Assembly (NCBI GenBank): GCA_963827475.1
Contig: CAWHAZ010000004.1
Location: forward strand, 96,001 to 160,000
Direction: 5' to 3'
Length of the DNA stretch: 64,000 bases
DNA from: an uncultured Chloroflexia bacterium
GTDB lineage: Bacteria; Chloroflexota; Limnocylindria; QHBO01
The notes under the pieces were generated by a model. That model saw only the letters and a program-made list of their open reading frames with translations. It did not search any database and was not told where the DNA came from. The translations under genes and the position numbers were made by a program. Position 1 is the stretch's first letter. Each line of letters begins with the position of its first letter. Below are positions 23,576 to 32,210 of this stretch, one piece after another.

Positions 23576-24939
23576 TGGCGGTCACCCTCTCCCCCCAGAT
23601 CCGGATCCTGGACGGGGGGCAGCAACGCCTCCTGAAGGGCATCGGGACCCTGGATCCCGGGTCGCTCGCCGCGTATCGCAAGGCCGGTGGCTACAAGGGT
23701 CTGACCCGGGCGGTGACCCAGCGGTCGCCGGACGAGGTCATCGGCGAGATGGCAGCCGCGCGTCTGCGGGGACGGGGTGGCGCCGGCTTCCCGGTCGCGG
23801 ACAAGTGGCGAGCCGCCCGATCGGCACCCGGCGACCGCAAGATCGTGGTCGCCAACCTGATGGGCGCCGACCCCACGTCCCTCGGCGACCGGACGCTGGC
23901 CGAGGGCAACCCGCATCTCGTCCTCGAGGGGGCGCTGATCGCCGCTGCCGCCGTCGGCGCCAGCGAGGCGATTCTCGCCGTCCGCCGCGACTGGACGCTG
24001 GCCATCGAGCGCCTGCGCGCCGCGGTGGCGGACGCGGAAGCGGCCCACCTGGCCGGCTACCTCATCCTCGGCACGGACGTCTCGGTATCGGTATCGGTCT
24101 GGGAAGGCTCCGGTGCCTACGTCGCCGGGGAGGAGACGGCCCTCATCCACGCCCTCCAGGGTGACCGCGGCATGCCGCTCATCCGGCCGCCCTACCCGGC
24201 CGAGCGCGGCCTGTGGGACGTGCCAACGGTCATCCACAACGCCGAGACGCTCGCCCACGTGGCCTGGATCGCCGGCCACTCGGCTGCGGAGTTCACGAAG
24301 GCCGGGACCGAGGCGGCGCCGGGCACCAAGCTGGTGACCGTCGCGGGTGCGGTGACGACGCCGGGCGTGGCCGAGGTGGCGCTGGGAACATCGGTCGAGA
24401 AGGTCATCAGCCTGGCTGGAGGCTCGACGGGGACGGTCAAGGCCGCGTTCATCGGCGGCCCCGGGGCTGGCGCCCTCGCCGCCGACGAGCTGTCCGCCAC
24501 CGCCTACGCGTACGACGAGCTGGCGGAGGTCGGCGGCCACATCGGCTCGGGAACGGTGCTGGTCACCGACGCCGGCACCTGCATGGTGGCCACCGCCCGC
24601 TTCCTGCTCGACTTCTCGGCCCGCGAGGCGTGCGGCAAGGCCGTTCCCTGCCGCATCGGCACCCGCCGCCTGGTAGAGGCCCTCGACCGGATCCTGGCCG
24701 CGACCCCACGCCCCAATGACCTGGTCCTGCTCCGCGAGCTGTCGGCGAAGATCGCGGACACCGCCCTGTGCCGCCTGGAATCGCTCGCTCCGCGGCCGAT
24801 GCTCACGACCCTCGATCGGTTCGCCGACGAGTACCGCGCCCACGCCGAACGCGGGGTGTGCCTCGCCGGCTCGTGCTCGACCGATGCGGTCCTGCCGCTG
24901 CTGACCCCGCTGGCCGAAGCCGTAGGATTGGACCGATGA
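23575..24939 (+). CDS. nuoF: NuoF/HydB-family flavoprotein subunit, degenerate
   Basis: LRGRGGAGFP, GNPHLVLEG, GAYVAGEETAL, PPYPAERGLW, EACGKAVPCRIG, FADEYRAH..CLAGSC; TGATG-coupled. Confidence 0.85.
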   Translation: MAVTLSPQIRILDGGQQRLLKGIGTLDPGSLAAYRKAGGYKGLTRAVTQRSPDEVIGEMAAARLRGRGGAGFPVADKWRAARSAPGDRKIVVANLMGADPTSLGDRTLAEGNPHLVLEGALIAAAAVGASEAILAVRRDWTLAIERLRAAVADAEAAHLAGYLILGTDVSVSVSVWEGSGAYVAGEETALIHALQGDRGMPLIRPPYPAERGLWDVPTVIHNAETLAHVAWIAGHSAAEFTKAGTEAAPGTKLVTVAGAVTTPGVAEVALGTSVEKVISLAGGSTGTVKAAFIGGPGAGALAADELSATAYAYDELAEVGGHIGSGTVLVTDAGTCMVATARFLLDFSAREACGKAVPCRIGTRRLVEALDRILAATPRPNDLVLLRELSAKIADTALCRLESLAPRPMLTTLDRFADEYRAHAERGVCLAGSCSTDAVLPLLTPLAEAVGLDR

Positions 24940-27320
24940 CCTTCGTCGGCAACGGCAATGGCAAGGGCAACGGCAAGGGCGCCGAGCACATGGAGGACTA
25001 CGCGCCGATCTGGCCGGTCGTCCCCGGCACCCGACCGATCACGGTCACGATCAACGGCCGCCAGGTCCAGGCCGAGGAGGGGCAGACCATCCTCCAGGCC
25101 TGCCGGGTGTTGGACATCGAGATCCCGACCCTGTGCTACGAGCCGAAGCTCTCGCCCTACGGGGCCTGCCGCATCTGCGTGGTCGAGGTCGAGGGCGAGG
25201 AGAACACGCCGATCTCGTGCGGGACGAAGGTCGCGGACGGGATGGTCATCACCACCCACTCGGAGCGGGTCATCGAAAACCGCCGCCTGGTGCTGGAGCT
25301 GATCTTCTCGGACCACGACGCGTACTGCCTGCCGCCGTGCCAGTTCAAGTGCCCGACCCGGGTCGACATCCCCGGCTACCTGAAGGCCAACGCGGAGGGC
25401 AACTGGGAAGAGGCGACCCGGATCCTGAAGCGGTCCCTGCCCTTCCCGGCCATCCTCGGCCGGGTCTGCCCCGCCCCGTGCGAGACCCACTGCCGGCGCG
25501 AGGAGGTCGACATCGCGATCGCCATCCGCGACTCGCATCGCTACTGCGCCGACCGCGTGCTCGAAGTCGACGCGCCAGCCCCCCTGCCGTGGCCGAAGGA
25601 GCCGCCCACCGGGCGGCGGGTCGCGGTGGTGGGCTCCGGACCGGCCGGGATGACGGTCGCGTACTACCTCCAGCTCCGCGGCCACCAGTGCGACGTGTTC
25701 GAGGCCGACCCGGAGCAGGGCGGCATGCTGCGCTACGGAATTCCCGAGTACCGCCTGCCGAAGGCGTGGATGGACCGCGAGCTGAACCACGTCTGGGAGC
25801 TGGGCGCCACGTTCCGGCCGAACATGCGGCTCGGGCGCGACTTCCACCTCGCGGACCTGCTCGACCAGGGCTACGACGCGGTGTTCGTGGGCACGGGCTG
25901 CTACAAGTCGAACGAGCTGGGCATCCCCAACGAGTTCGCGGACGGGACGGTCAACGCCCTCGAGAACCTCTACAACAGCACCCGCGGCGTCCCCGTCCCG
26001 CAGCTGAAGGGGGCGCGAGTGGTGGTCATCGGCGGTGGGTTCACCGCCATCGACTGCACACGGACCTCGCTCCGCCAGGGCGCGGAGGCGGTCACCATCG
26101 TCTATCGCCGCGACCTGAAGGACATGCCGTCGCAGGACGAGGTCCACGAGGCGATCGAAGAGGGCGCGACGGTCATCTTCCAGGCCGCACCGGTCCGCAT
26201 CGTGACCGACGCCAAGGGTCGGGTGACCGGGGTCGAGTTCCAGAAGATGCACCTCGGCGAGCCCGACGAGAAGGGTCGCCGCCGGCCGGAGCCGATGCCC
26301 GGCACCGAGTTCATCGTCGAGTGCGACACCGTGCTGGGGGCCATCGGCCAGGGTCCGGAGCTGAGCTGGGTCGACCTCGAGCCGGACGAGATCCGCGGCG
26401 GGCTGGAGGTCAGCCGCCAGGGTCGCCTGGTCGCCGACCCGAACACCTTCCGCACCGGCGTCCCTCAGGTTTTTGCCGCCGGCGACGTGAACCTCGGCGC
26501 CACGACCGTGGTCGAGGCCATCGGTGACGGCCGCCGCGCCTCGTATGCGATGGACTACTGGCTCCGTGGCCACGACCTCGATGACCCGCAGGTCCGCCGC
26601 ATCGTGTCCGAGCCCCAGCCCTCGTTCCTGACCATCGTGCCCTTCACCGACGACGTGAAGGAGCCCCAGGCGGTGATGGGCAAGAAGGGGCCGGAGGAGC
26701 GGAGCGACAACTTCGGGGAGTACGAGTACGGCTACACCCACGACCAGGCGATGGGCGAGGCGGCCCGCTGCCTGCAGTGCACGTGCGAGGCGATCGGCCA
26801 CTGCGACCTCCGCGAGGCGGCGATCGAGTACGAGACCACGCTGAACATGGCGATCGACGAGCGGTCGATCCAGGACAACCCGTACGTCGGCATCAACCAC
26901 GGCTACGGCCGGGACGAGACCCACTCGTTCATCCTCCGCGACTACAGCCGGTGCATCGACTGCGGCCGCTGCGCCCAGGTGTGCAAGGACATCGTGGGCG
27001 CCGGCTGCTACGACTTCATCGGCAAGGGCTTCGACTCATTGGTCACCACCGCGGACTTCGTCTCGCTGAACGAGACGCCGTGCGTGTCGTGCGGTCGGTG
27101 CGCGGAGACGTGCCCGGTCGGGGCCCTCATGCCGCGGCCGCGGATCCTGGAGACCTATCAGCTCGACGTCAGCCGCTGCATCTTCTGCGGCATCTGCGCC
27201 GACGCCTGCCCGTACGACGCGCTGCGCTGCGGCCCCGAGTTCGAGTTCAGCGAGTACCAGCGCGATCTGCCGATGCTCGACATCCTCGAGATGTCCGACC
27301 GGGAGCGGCCCACCCGCTAG
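24936..27320 (+). CDS. NuoG/HydA-type Fe-S module with inserted GltD/SudA/NfnB-like FAD-NAD(P)H domain and C-terminal NuoI half
   Basis: [2Fe-2S] IPTLC..GACRICVVE..SC; HDAYC; PCQFKCP; LGRVCPAPCE; GSGPAG; GGMLRYGIPEYRLP; GGGFTA; VYRR; AGD; EAARCLQC; CIDCGRCAQVC; CVSCGRCAETCP; YQLDVSRCIFCGICADACPYDAL..EFE. Confidence 0.88.
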   Translation: MTFVGNGNGKGNGKGAEHMEDYAPIWPVVPGTRPITVTINGRQVQAEEGQTILQACRVLDIEIPTLCYEPKLSPYGACRICVVEVEGEENTPISCGTKVADGMVITTHSERVIENRRLVLELIFSDHDAYCLPPCQFKCPTRVDIPGYLKANAEGNWEEATRILKRSLPFPAILGRVCPAPCETHCRREEVDIAIAIRDSHRYCADRVLEVDAPAPLPWPKEPPTGRRVAVVGSGPAGMTVAYYLQLRGHQCDVFEADPEQGGMLRYGIPEYRLPKAWMDRELNHVWELGATFRPNMRLGRDFHLADLLDQGYDAVFVGTGCYKSNELGIPNEFADGTVNALENLYNSTRGVPVPQLKGARVVVIGGGFTAIDCTRTSLRQGAEAVTIVYRRDLKDMPSQDEVHEAIEEGATVIFQAAPVRIVTDAKGRVTGVEFQKMHLGEPDEKGRRRPEPMPGTEFIVECDTVLGAIGQGPELSWVDLEPDEIRGGLEVSRQGRLVADPNTFRTGVPQVFAAGDVNLGATTVVEAIGDGRRASYAMDYWLRGHDLDDPQVRRIVSEPQPSFLTIVPFTDDVKEPQAVMGKKGPEERSDNFGEYEYGYTHDQAMGEAARCLQCTCEAIGHCDLREAAIEYETTLNMAIDERSIQDNPYVGINHGYGRDETHSFILRDYSRCIDCGRCAQVCKDIVGAGCYDFIGKGFDSLVTTADFVSLNETPCVSCGRCAETCPVGALMPRPRILETYQLDVSRCIFCGICADACPYDALRCGPEFEFSEYQRDLPMLDILEMSDRERPTR

Positions 27321-27766
27321 CCCGCGTCCGCGGCGCTCCGGGACGGTGTCGCGCGGTTGAACCCGAAGCGGAGGAGCCGGAACAGCAGGTAGCCGATCAG
27401 CGCGCCAACGACGTTCAGGAGGACGTCGTCCACGTCGGTCATCCGGTTCGGGATCCGCAGCTGGGCGAGCTCGATCGCGACGCTGAGCACGACCGCCACC
27501 AGCAGGACTCGGGCCCACCCGTTCATCGCCGGGAACGCGATCGGTCCGAGCAGACCGACCGGGAGCAGGAGCAGGAGGTTCCCGATCAGCTGGCCGGCCC
27601 AGAACGGGGACTCGAGGTTGTCGAGGTAGACCTGGATCGTCCGGAACAGGACGAAGTTGTCATCCACGATGAAGCCAGGCGGCGGTTCCACGGGCTGCAG
27701 GGTCATGAGCAGTCCAAGGGCCAACCACGCCGCCAGGAGCACGCCGGCGGTCACACGGGCAGTCAT
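27317..27766 (-). CDS. VanZ-family membrane protein
   Basis: GNLLLLLPVG, SVAIELAQ, RMTDVDDVLLNVVGA. Confidence 0.88.
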   Translation of the reverse strand: MTARVTAGVLLAAWLALGLLMTLQPVEPPPGFIVDDNFVLFRTIQVYLDNLESPFWAGQLIGNLLLLLPVGLLGPIAFPAMNGWARVLLVAVVLSVAIELAQLRIPNRMTDVDDVLLNVVGALIGYLLFRLLRFGFNRATPSRSAADAG

Positions 27767-27837
27767 CGGCCGCCCAGTCTGTCAGCCCCGGCGGTTTTCT
27801 GCCGATGCGGGGCGCCGGGCGGTATCCTCGGCGGCGC

Positions 27838-28254
27838 ATGGCCGATCTCCCCCAGCAGCCGATCGAGATGATCCTGCTCCGCCAGCTGGCGGAGCACCTC
27901 GGCATCCCGGTGTGGGTCATCGACAGCGCCGGCGACCTGGTGTTCTTCAACGAGGCCGCCGAGCCCACGCTCGGGTTGCGGGCAGATGACGTGGACCAGA
28001 TGCCGTACGAGGCGTGGACGACCGGGTTCGCGCCACGGGACCTCGCCGGCAACCCGGTTCCCGGTGAGGCGCTGCCGCCGATCAAGGCCCTGCGCGAGGG
28101 AAAGCCGCAGCACGACTCGCTCGAGATCACCGGCGCCGACGGCGTGGCCCGCCAGATCGTGATCACCGCCTTCCCGTTGACCGGCGGGCACGGGGACATC
28201 ATGGGGTCGGTCACGATGTTCTGGGAGTCGAACGGGGAGTCGGAACAGGCGTGA
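27838..28254 (+). CDS. stand-alone PAS-domain protein
   Basis: PVWVIDSAGDLVFFNEAAEPTLG, terminal TAFPL..GSVTMFW; GTGA-coupled to the MBL hydrolase. Confidence 0.8.
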   Translation: MADLPQQPIEMILLRQLAEHLGIPVWVIDSAGDLVFFNEAAEPTLGLRADDVDQMPYEAWTTGFAPRDLAGNPVPGEALPPIKALREGKPQHDSLEITGADGVARQIVITAFPLTGGHGDIMGSVTMFWESNGESEQA

Positions 28255-29084
28255 TCGTCCGGCTGTGGGGCACGCGAGGCTCGGTCGCGAGCGCCGGTCC
28301 CCAGACGGCCCGCTACGGCGGCAACACGGCCTGCGTCGAGGTCCGGGGCGACGACGGCTGCCTGGTCGTCCTCGACGCCGGCACCGGCATCCAGCGCCTG
28401 GGCAACGAGCTGGAGGACGACATCCATCGCATCGACATCCTGCTCACCCACCTCCACATGGACCACATCCAGGGCCTGGGTTTCTTCGCCCCGATCTTCC
28501 GCAAGGGCTGCGAGATCCACGTCTGGGGTCCCCCATCGCCGACGCTCCACCTCCGCGCCCGGGTCACCCGCTACATGTCGCCCCCGTTGTTCCCGATCCG
28601 CCTGCGCGACCTGCGGGCCAACTTCGAGTTCCATGACGCCCCGCAGGACCCGTTCACCATCGGTTCGTTGACCATCAAGGCCGACGAGGTCATCCACCCC
28701 GGCGCCACCCTCGGCTATCGGGTCAGCGAGAACGGCCGGTCACTCACCTATCTCAGCGACCACGAGCCGGCGCTGGCCGCCAACAACGGCGAGCCCGGCC
28801 CCGGCTGGATCAGCGGCCTGGCCCTTGCCCACGACGCGGACGTGCTCATCCACGATGCGCAGTACACCCAGTCCGAACGCGAGGAGCGGCTCGGCTGGGG
28901 GCACTCCTCGGTCCCGGAGGCCATCGACTTCGCCCGCACCGCGGCCGCCAAACAGCTCGTCCTGTTCCACCACGACCCCGCGCGGACCGACCACCAGATG
29001 GACCTTCTCCTTGCTGAGGCGGAGGCTCTCGCGGACGGAATGCCGGTGACGGCCGCGCGCGAGGGTGACGTGCTCGTCCTTTAG
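28251..29084 (+). CDS. MBL-fold metallohydrolase (WGTRGS family, putative phosphodiesterase)
   Basis: WGTRGS, YGGNTAC, DAGTG, THLHMDHIQG, HPG, DHE, HDAQY, WGHS, FHHDP. Confidence 0.88.
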   Translation: MIVRLWGTRGSVASAGPQTARYGGNTACVEVRGDDGCLVVLDAGTGIQRLGNELEDDIHRIDILLTHLHMDHIQGLGFFAPIFRKGCEIHVWGPPSPTLHLRARVTRYMSPPLFPIRLRDLRANFEFHDAPQDPFTIGSLTIKADEVIHPGATLGYRVSENGRSLTYLSDHEPALAANNGEPGPGWISGLALAHDADVLIHDAQYTQSEREERLGWGHSSVPEAIDFARTAAAKQLVLFHHDPARTDHQMDLLLAEAEALADGMPVTAAREGDVLVL

Positions 29085-29113
29085 AATCGGGCTCGGCCTC
29101 CGGAGCGAGGCCC

Positions 29114-29656
29114 GTGAGCGCTCAGCCCGAACGGAGAGTCTCGGCTCTGGACATCTCGATCGTCCTCTTCGTGGTGCTCGCCGTCGGCGTCCTCGGCGGT
29201 GGCCTGGCGGCCGTGCTCCTGCGGAACGTCATTCATTCCGCGGTGGCCATGATGTTCTGCTTCGGCGCGCTCGCCGGGACCTACGCGCTGCTTGGCGCAC
29301 CGATCGTGGCGGCGGCACAGGTCCTGATCTACCTCGGCGCGATCAGCGTCCTGATCCTGTTCGCGATCATGCTCACCCAGGCTGGCGACGCGAACCTGCC
29401 CGCCCCATTCCAGCGCCAGGCGCCGGTGGCGGCGCTGGTCGCGCTCGGGATCGTGTTCCTTGTCGGCTGGGCCATCGTCAGCACCGACTGGCCGAACGCC
29501 ACCGTCGTGATCGCGGTTGACCTCAACAAGCTGGCGACCGCCATCTTCACCGACTACGCCCTGCCCTTCGAGATCGTGGCCTTCCTGCTGCTGGCCGCGA
29601 TCATCGGCGCCATCTACCTGGCCCGACGGCCCGAAGAAGACGAGCGGGCGAACTGA
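29114..29656 (+). CDS. nuoJ: NADH-quinone oxidoreductase subunit J
   Basis: RNVIHSA, AQVLIYLGAISVLILFAIML, YALPFEI; candidate own promoter TAGAAT at 29082. Confidence 0.94.
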   Translation: MSAQPERRVSALDISIVLFVVLAVGVLGGGLAAVLLRNVIHSAVAMMFCFGALAGTYALLGAPIVAAAQVLIYLGAISVLILFAIMLTQAGDANLPAPFQRQAPVAALVALGIVFLVGWAIVSTDWPNATVVIAVDLNKLATAIFTDYALPFEIVAFLLLAAIIGAIYLARRPEEDERAN

Positions 29657-29659
29657 CCG

Positions 29660-29968
29660 ATGGGCCTGCCCGCGTACCTGTTCCTCTCCCTGCTCCTGTT
29701 CGGGATCGGAGCCTTTGGGTTCCTCGCCCGGCGCAACGCGATCATGATGCTGATCTGCATCGAGTTGATGCTGAACGCGGTGAACCTCGCCCTCGTCGCG
29801 TTCAACGCGTTCGACTACGGCGCGACGAATGACGCGGGCGCGGTCTTCTCCCTCCTGATCATGGCCGTCGCCGCGGCCGAGGCGACGGTGGGGCTGGCGC
29901 TGGTCATCGCCATCATCCGGACCCGTCAGACCCCCGAGGTCGACGAGTACTCCGACCTCAAGGAGTGA
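29660..29968 (+). CDS. nuoK: NADH-quinone oxidoreductase subunit K
   Basis: RRNAI, IELMLNAVNL, VAAAEATVGLA. Confidence 0.96.
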   Translation: MGLPAYLFLSLLLFGIGAFGFLARRNAIMMLICIELMLNAVNLALVAFNAFDYGATNDAGAVFSLLIMAVAAAEATVGLALVIAIIRTRQTPEVDEYSDLKE

Positions 29969-29972
29969 TGCC

Positions 29973-32210
29973 CTGACACCGGAGCAGCTCATCCCACTCA
30001 TCCCGGCCCTGCCGCTCGTCGGCTTCCTGTTCGCGGTCCTCCTCGGGTCGCGTCTCGACCGCATTCCCGAGCACGGTGACCACGGGGATGGGCACGGAGC
30101 GGGGGCCGGCCACGACACCGGCGGAGACCCGCACGCGTCGCACGACGAGGCGGTGGACGAGTCCGCGTTCCGCACGATCCCGACCGAGGAGGAACAGCGC
30201 GAGACCTCGCCCCACCGGGGCCACGCCGACGACCTGGCCAACGCCAACGGGGCAGATGGGGTCATCCCGGACGAGCTGAACGACGGACGGGGCCAGCCCG
30301 GCCACGTCTCCCCGGGCGGGCCGCGACCGGTCTACCGCTCGTGGTGGGTCCCCGTGGCCCTTGTCGCGCTCATGTGGGCCGCGGCCATGGTCGTGTTCGG
30401 ATCGGTCATCTTCGACGGTGCCGAGTACCGGGTCACCGTCTACGAGTGGATCGTGTCCGGCGACTTCCGGGTCGAGATCACGTTCTTCGTCGACGCGCTC
30501 ACCGCGGTCCTGCTCCTGGTCGTCAGCACGGTCGGCCTCCTCGTCCACGTCTACTCCATCGGCTACATGGACGGCGACCGGAGCGTGTGGCGCTTCTTCG
30601 CCTACCTGAACCTGTTCATGTTCAGCATGCTGCTGCTGATCCTGGCCGACAATTTCCTGCTGCTGTACGTCGGCTGGGAAGCGGTGGGCCTGTGCTCGTA
30701 CCTGCTCATCGGCTACTGGTACAAGAAGCCCTCGGCCGCCGGGGCCGCCAAGAAGGCGTTCATCGTCAACCGGGTTGGCGACTTCGGATTCGGGCTCGGC
30801 GTGATCCTGATCTGGACGTTGCTCGGCACCCTCGCGTTCGAGGAGGTGTTCGCCGGTGTCGGCGGGCTGGAGGAGTGGCAGGTCACGCTCATCGCGCTGC
30901 TCCTGTTCGCGGGCGCGGTCGGCAAGTCCGCCCAGTTCCCGCTCCACGTCTGGCTTCCCGACGCGATGGAGGGGCCGACCCCGGTCAGCGCCCTGATCCA
31001 CGCCGCGACGATGGTCAACGCCGGCGTCTACCTGGTGGCGCGCTCGAACCCGATCTTCGCCGAGGCCCCGACCGCCATGGCGGTGGTCGCGGCCATCGGT
31101 GTCTTCACCGCCGTCCTGGCCGCGGCCATCGCGCTGACTCAGAACGACATCAAGAAGGTCCTCGCCTACTCGACCGTGAGCCAGCTGGCATACATGTTCT
31201 TCGGGCTGGGCATCGGGGCGTGGGTGGCGGCCATCTTCCACCTGCTGGCCCATGGCTTCTTCAAGGGCCTGCTGTTCATGGCGTCGGGATCGGTCATCCA
31301 TGGCGCCGGCGGCGAGCAGGACATGCAGCTCATGGGCGGGCTGCGGGAAAAGATGCGCTGGACCTACGTGACCATGGTCATCGGGTCGCTGGCCCTGGCC
31401 GGCATCCCGATCTTTGCCGGGTTCTTCAGCAAGGACGAGATCCTGTCGGAGGCGTTCCTGCGCGGCTACGGGGTCTACTGGCTGATCGGGATCGTCGTCG
31501 CGTTCATGACCGCGTTCTACACGTTCCGGATGATCTACCTCACCTTCCACCGATCCTGGCGCGGCCCGGCCGAGGCGTGGCACCACGTCCACGAGAGCGG
31601 ATGGACGATGGTCGTCCCGCTGGTCATCCTGGCCGTGCCCACCGCCCTGGCCGGCCTCCTGCTCGGCATTCCGCCCGAGAGTGGGGCCATCCACACCTGG
31701 CTCGAGGAGGTCTTCGCCGGAGCCGAGGCACTGGGAACGGGCATCCTCCCCGGCTCTATCGCCGCCGAGGCGCTCGAGCATGGTGAAGCCCACGCATTCG
31801 AGCTCTTCGGGCTCGGCGGCCTGCTGCTCCTCGTCGGCGCGGGCATGGGGGTCGGCGGCATCCTGCTCGCCCGCCGCTGGTACGTCCAGAACCCGGAGGC
31901 ACCGGTCCGCTTCGTCGAGCGCATCCCGTTCGGCCTGGGGCCGGGCATGTACCGCGCCAGCGTGAACAAGTACTACTTCGACGACCTGTACCAGCTCCTG
32001 TTCGCGCGGGGCGGCGTCCTCGTCTCGAACATGCTGTGGTGGTTCGACGTCAAGGTCATCGACGGGTTCGTCAACGGCACGGGCTCGGTAGCGGAGTGGA
32101 TCGGCGGGATCCTCCGCCGCCTCCAGACCGGGCGGGTCCAGAACTACGGGCTGGGCATCGCGGCCGGCCTGGTGATCGTCCTGCTGGTCTACGCCACGGT
32201 GGTCCGCTGA
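29973..32210 (+). CDS. nuoL: NADH-quinone oxidoreductase subunit L with long His/acidic insertion after TM1
   Basis: Frame is open back to LTPEQLIPLIPALPLVGFL (TM1); YSIGYM, GWEAVG, NRVGD, GKSAQFPLHVWLPDAMEGPTPVSALIHAATMV, DIKKVLAYST, LQTGRVQNY. Start is CTG 29973 or ATG 29968 with a lost C. Confidence 0.93.
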   Translation: MTPEQLIPLIPALPLVGFLFAVLLGSRLDRIPEHGDHGDGHGAGAGHDTGGDPHASHDEAVDESAFRTIPTEEEQRETSPHRGHADDLANANGADGVIPDELNDGRGQPGHVSPGGPRPVYRSWWVPVALVALMWAAAMVVFGSVIFDGAEYRVTVYEWIVSGDFRVEITFFVDALTAVLLLVVSTVGLLVHVYSIGYMDGDRSVWRFFAYLNLFMFSMLLLILADNFLLLYVGWEAVGLCSYLLIGYWYKKPSAAGAAKKAFIVNRVGDFGFGLGVILIWTLLGTLAFEEVFAGVGGLEEWQVTLIALLLFAGAVGKSAQFPLHVWLPDAMEGPTPVSALIHAATMVNAGVYLVARSNPIFAEAPTAMAVVAAIGVFTAVLAAAIALTQNDIKKVLAYSTVSQLAYMFFGLGIGAWVAAIFHLLAHGFFKGLLFMASGSVIHGAGGEQDMQLMGGLREKMRWTYVTMVIGSLALAGIPIFAGFFSKDEILSEAFLRGYGVYWLIGIVVAFMTAFYTFRMIYLTFHRSWRGPAEAWHHVHESGWTMVVPLVILAVPTALAGLLLGIPPESGAIHTWLEEVFAGAEALGTGILPGSIAAEALEHGEAHAFELFGLGGLLLLVGAGMGVGGILLARRWYVQNPEAPVRFVERIPFGLGPGMYRASVNKYYFDDLYQLLFARGGVLVSNMLWWFDVKVIDGFVNGTGSVAEWIGGILRRLQTGRVQNYGLGIAAGLVIVLLVYATVVR

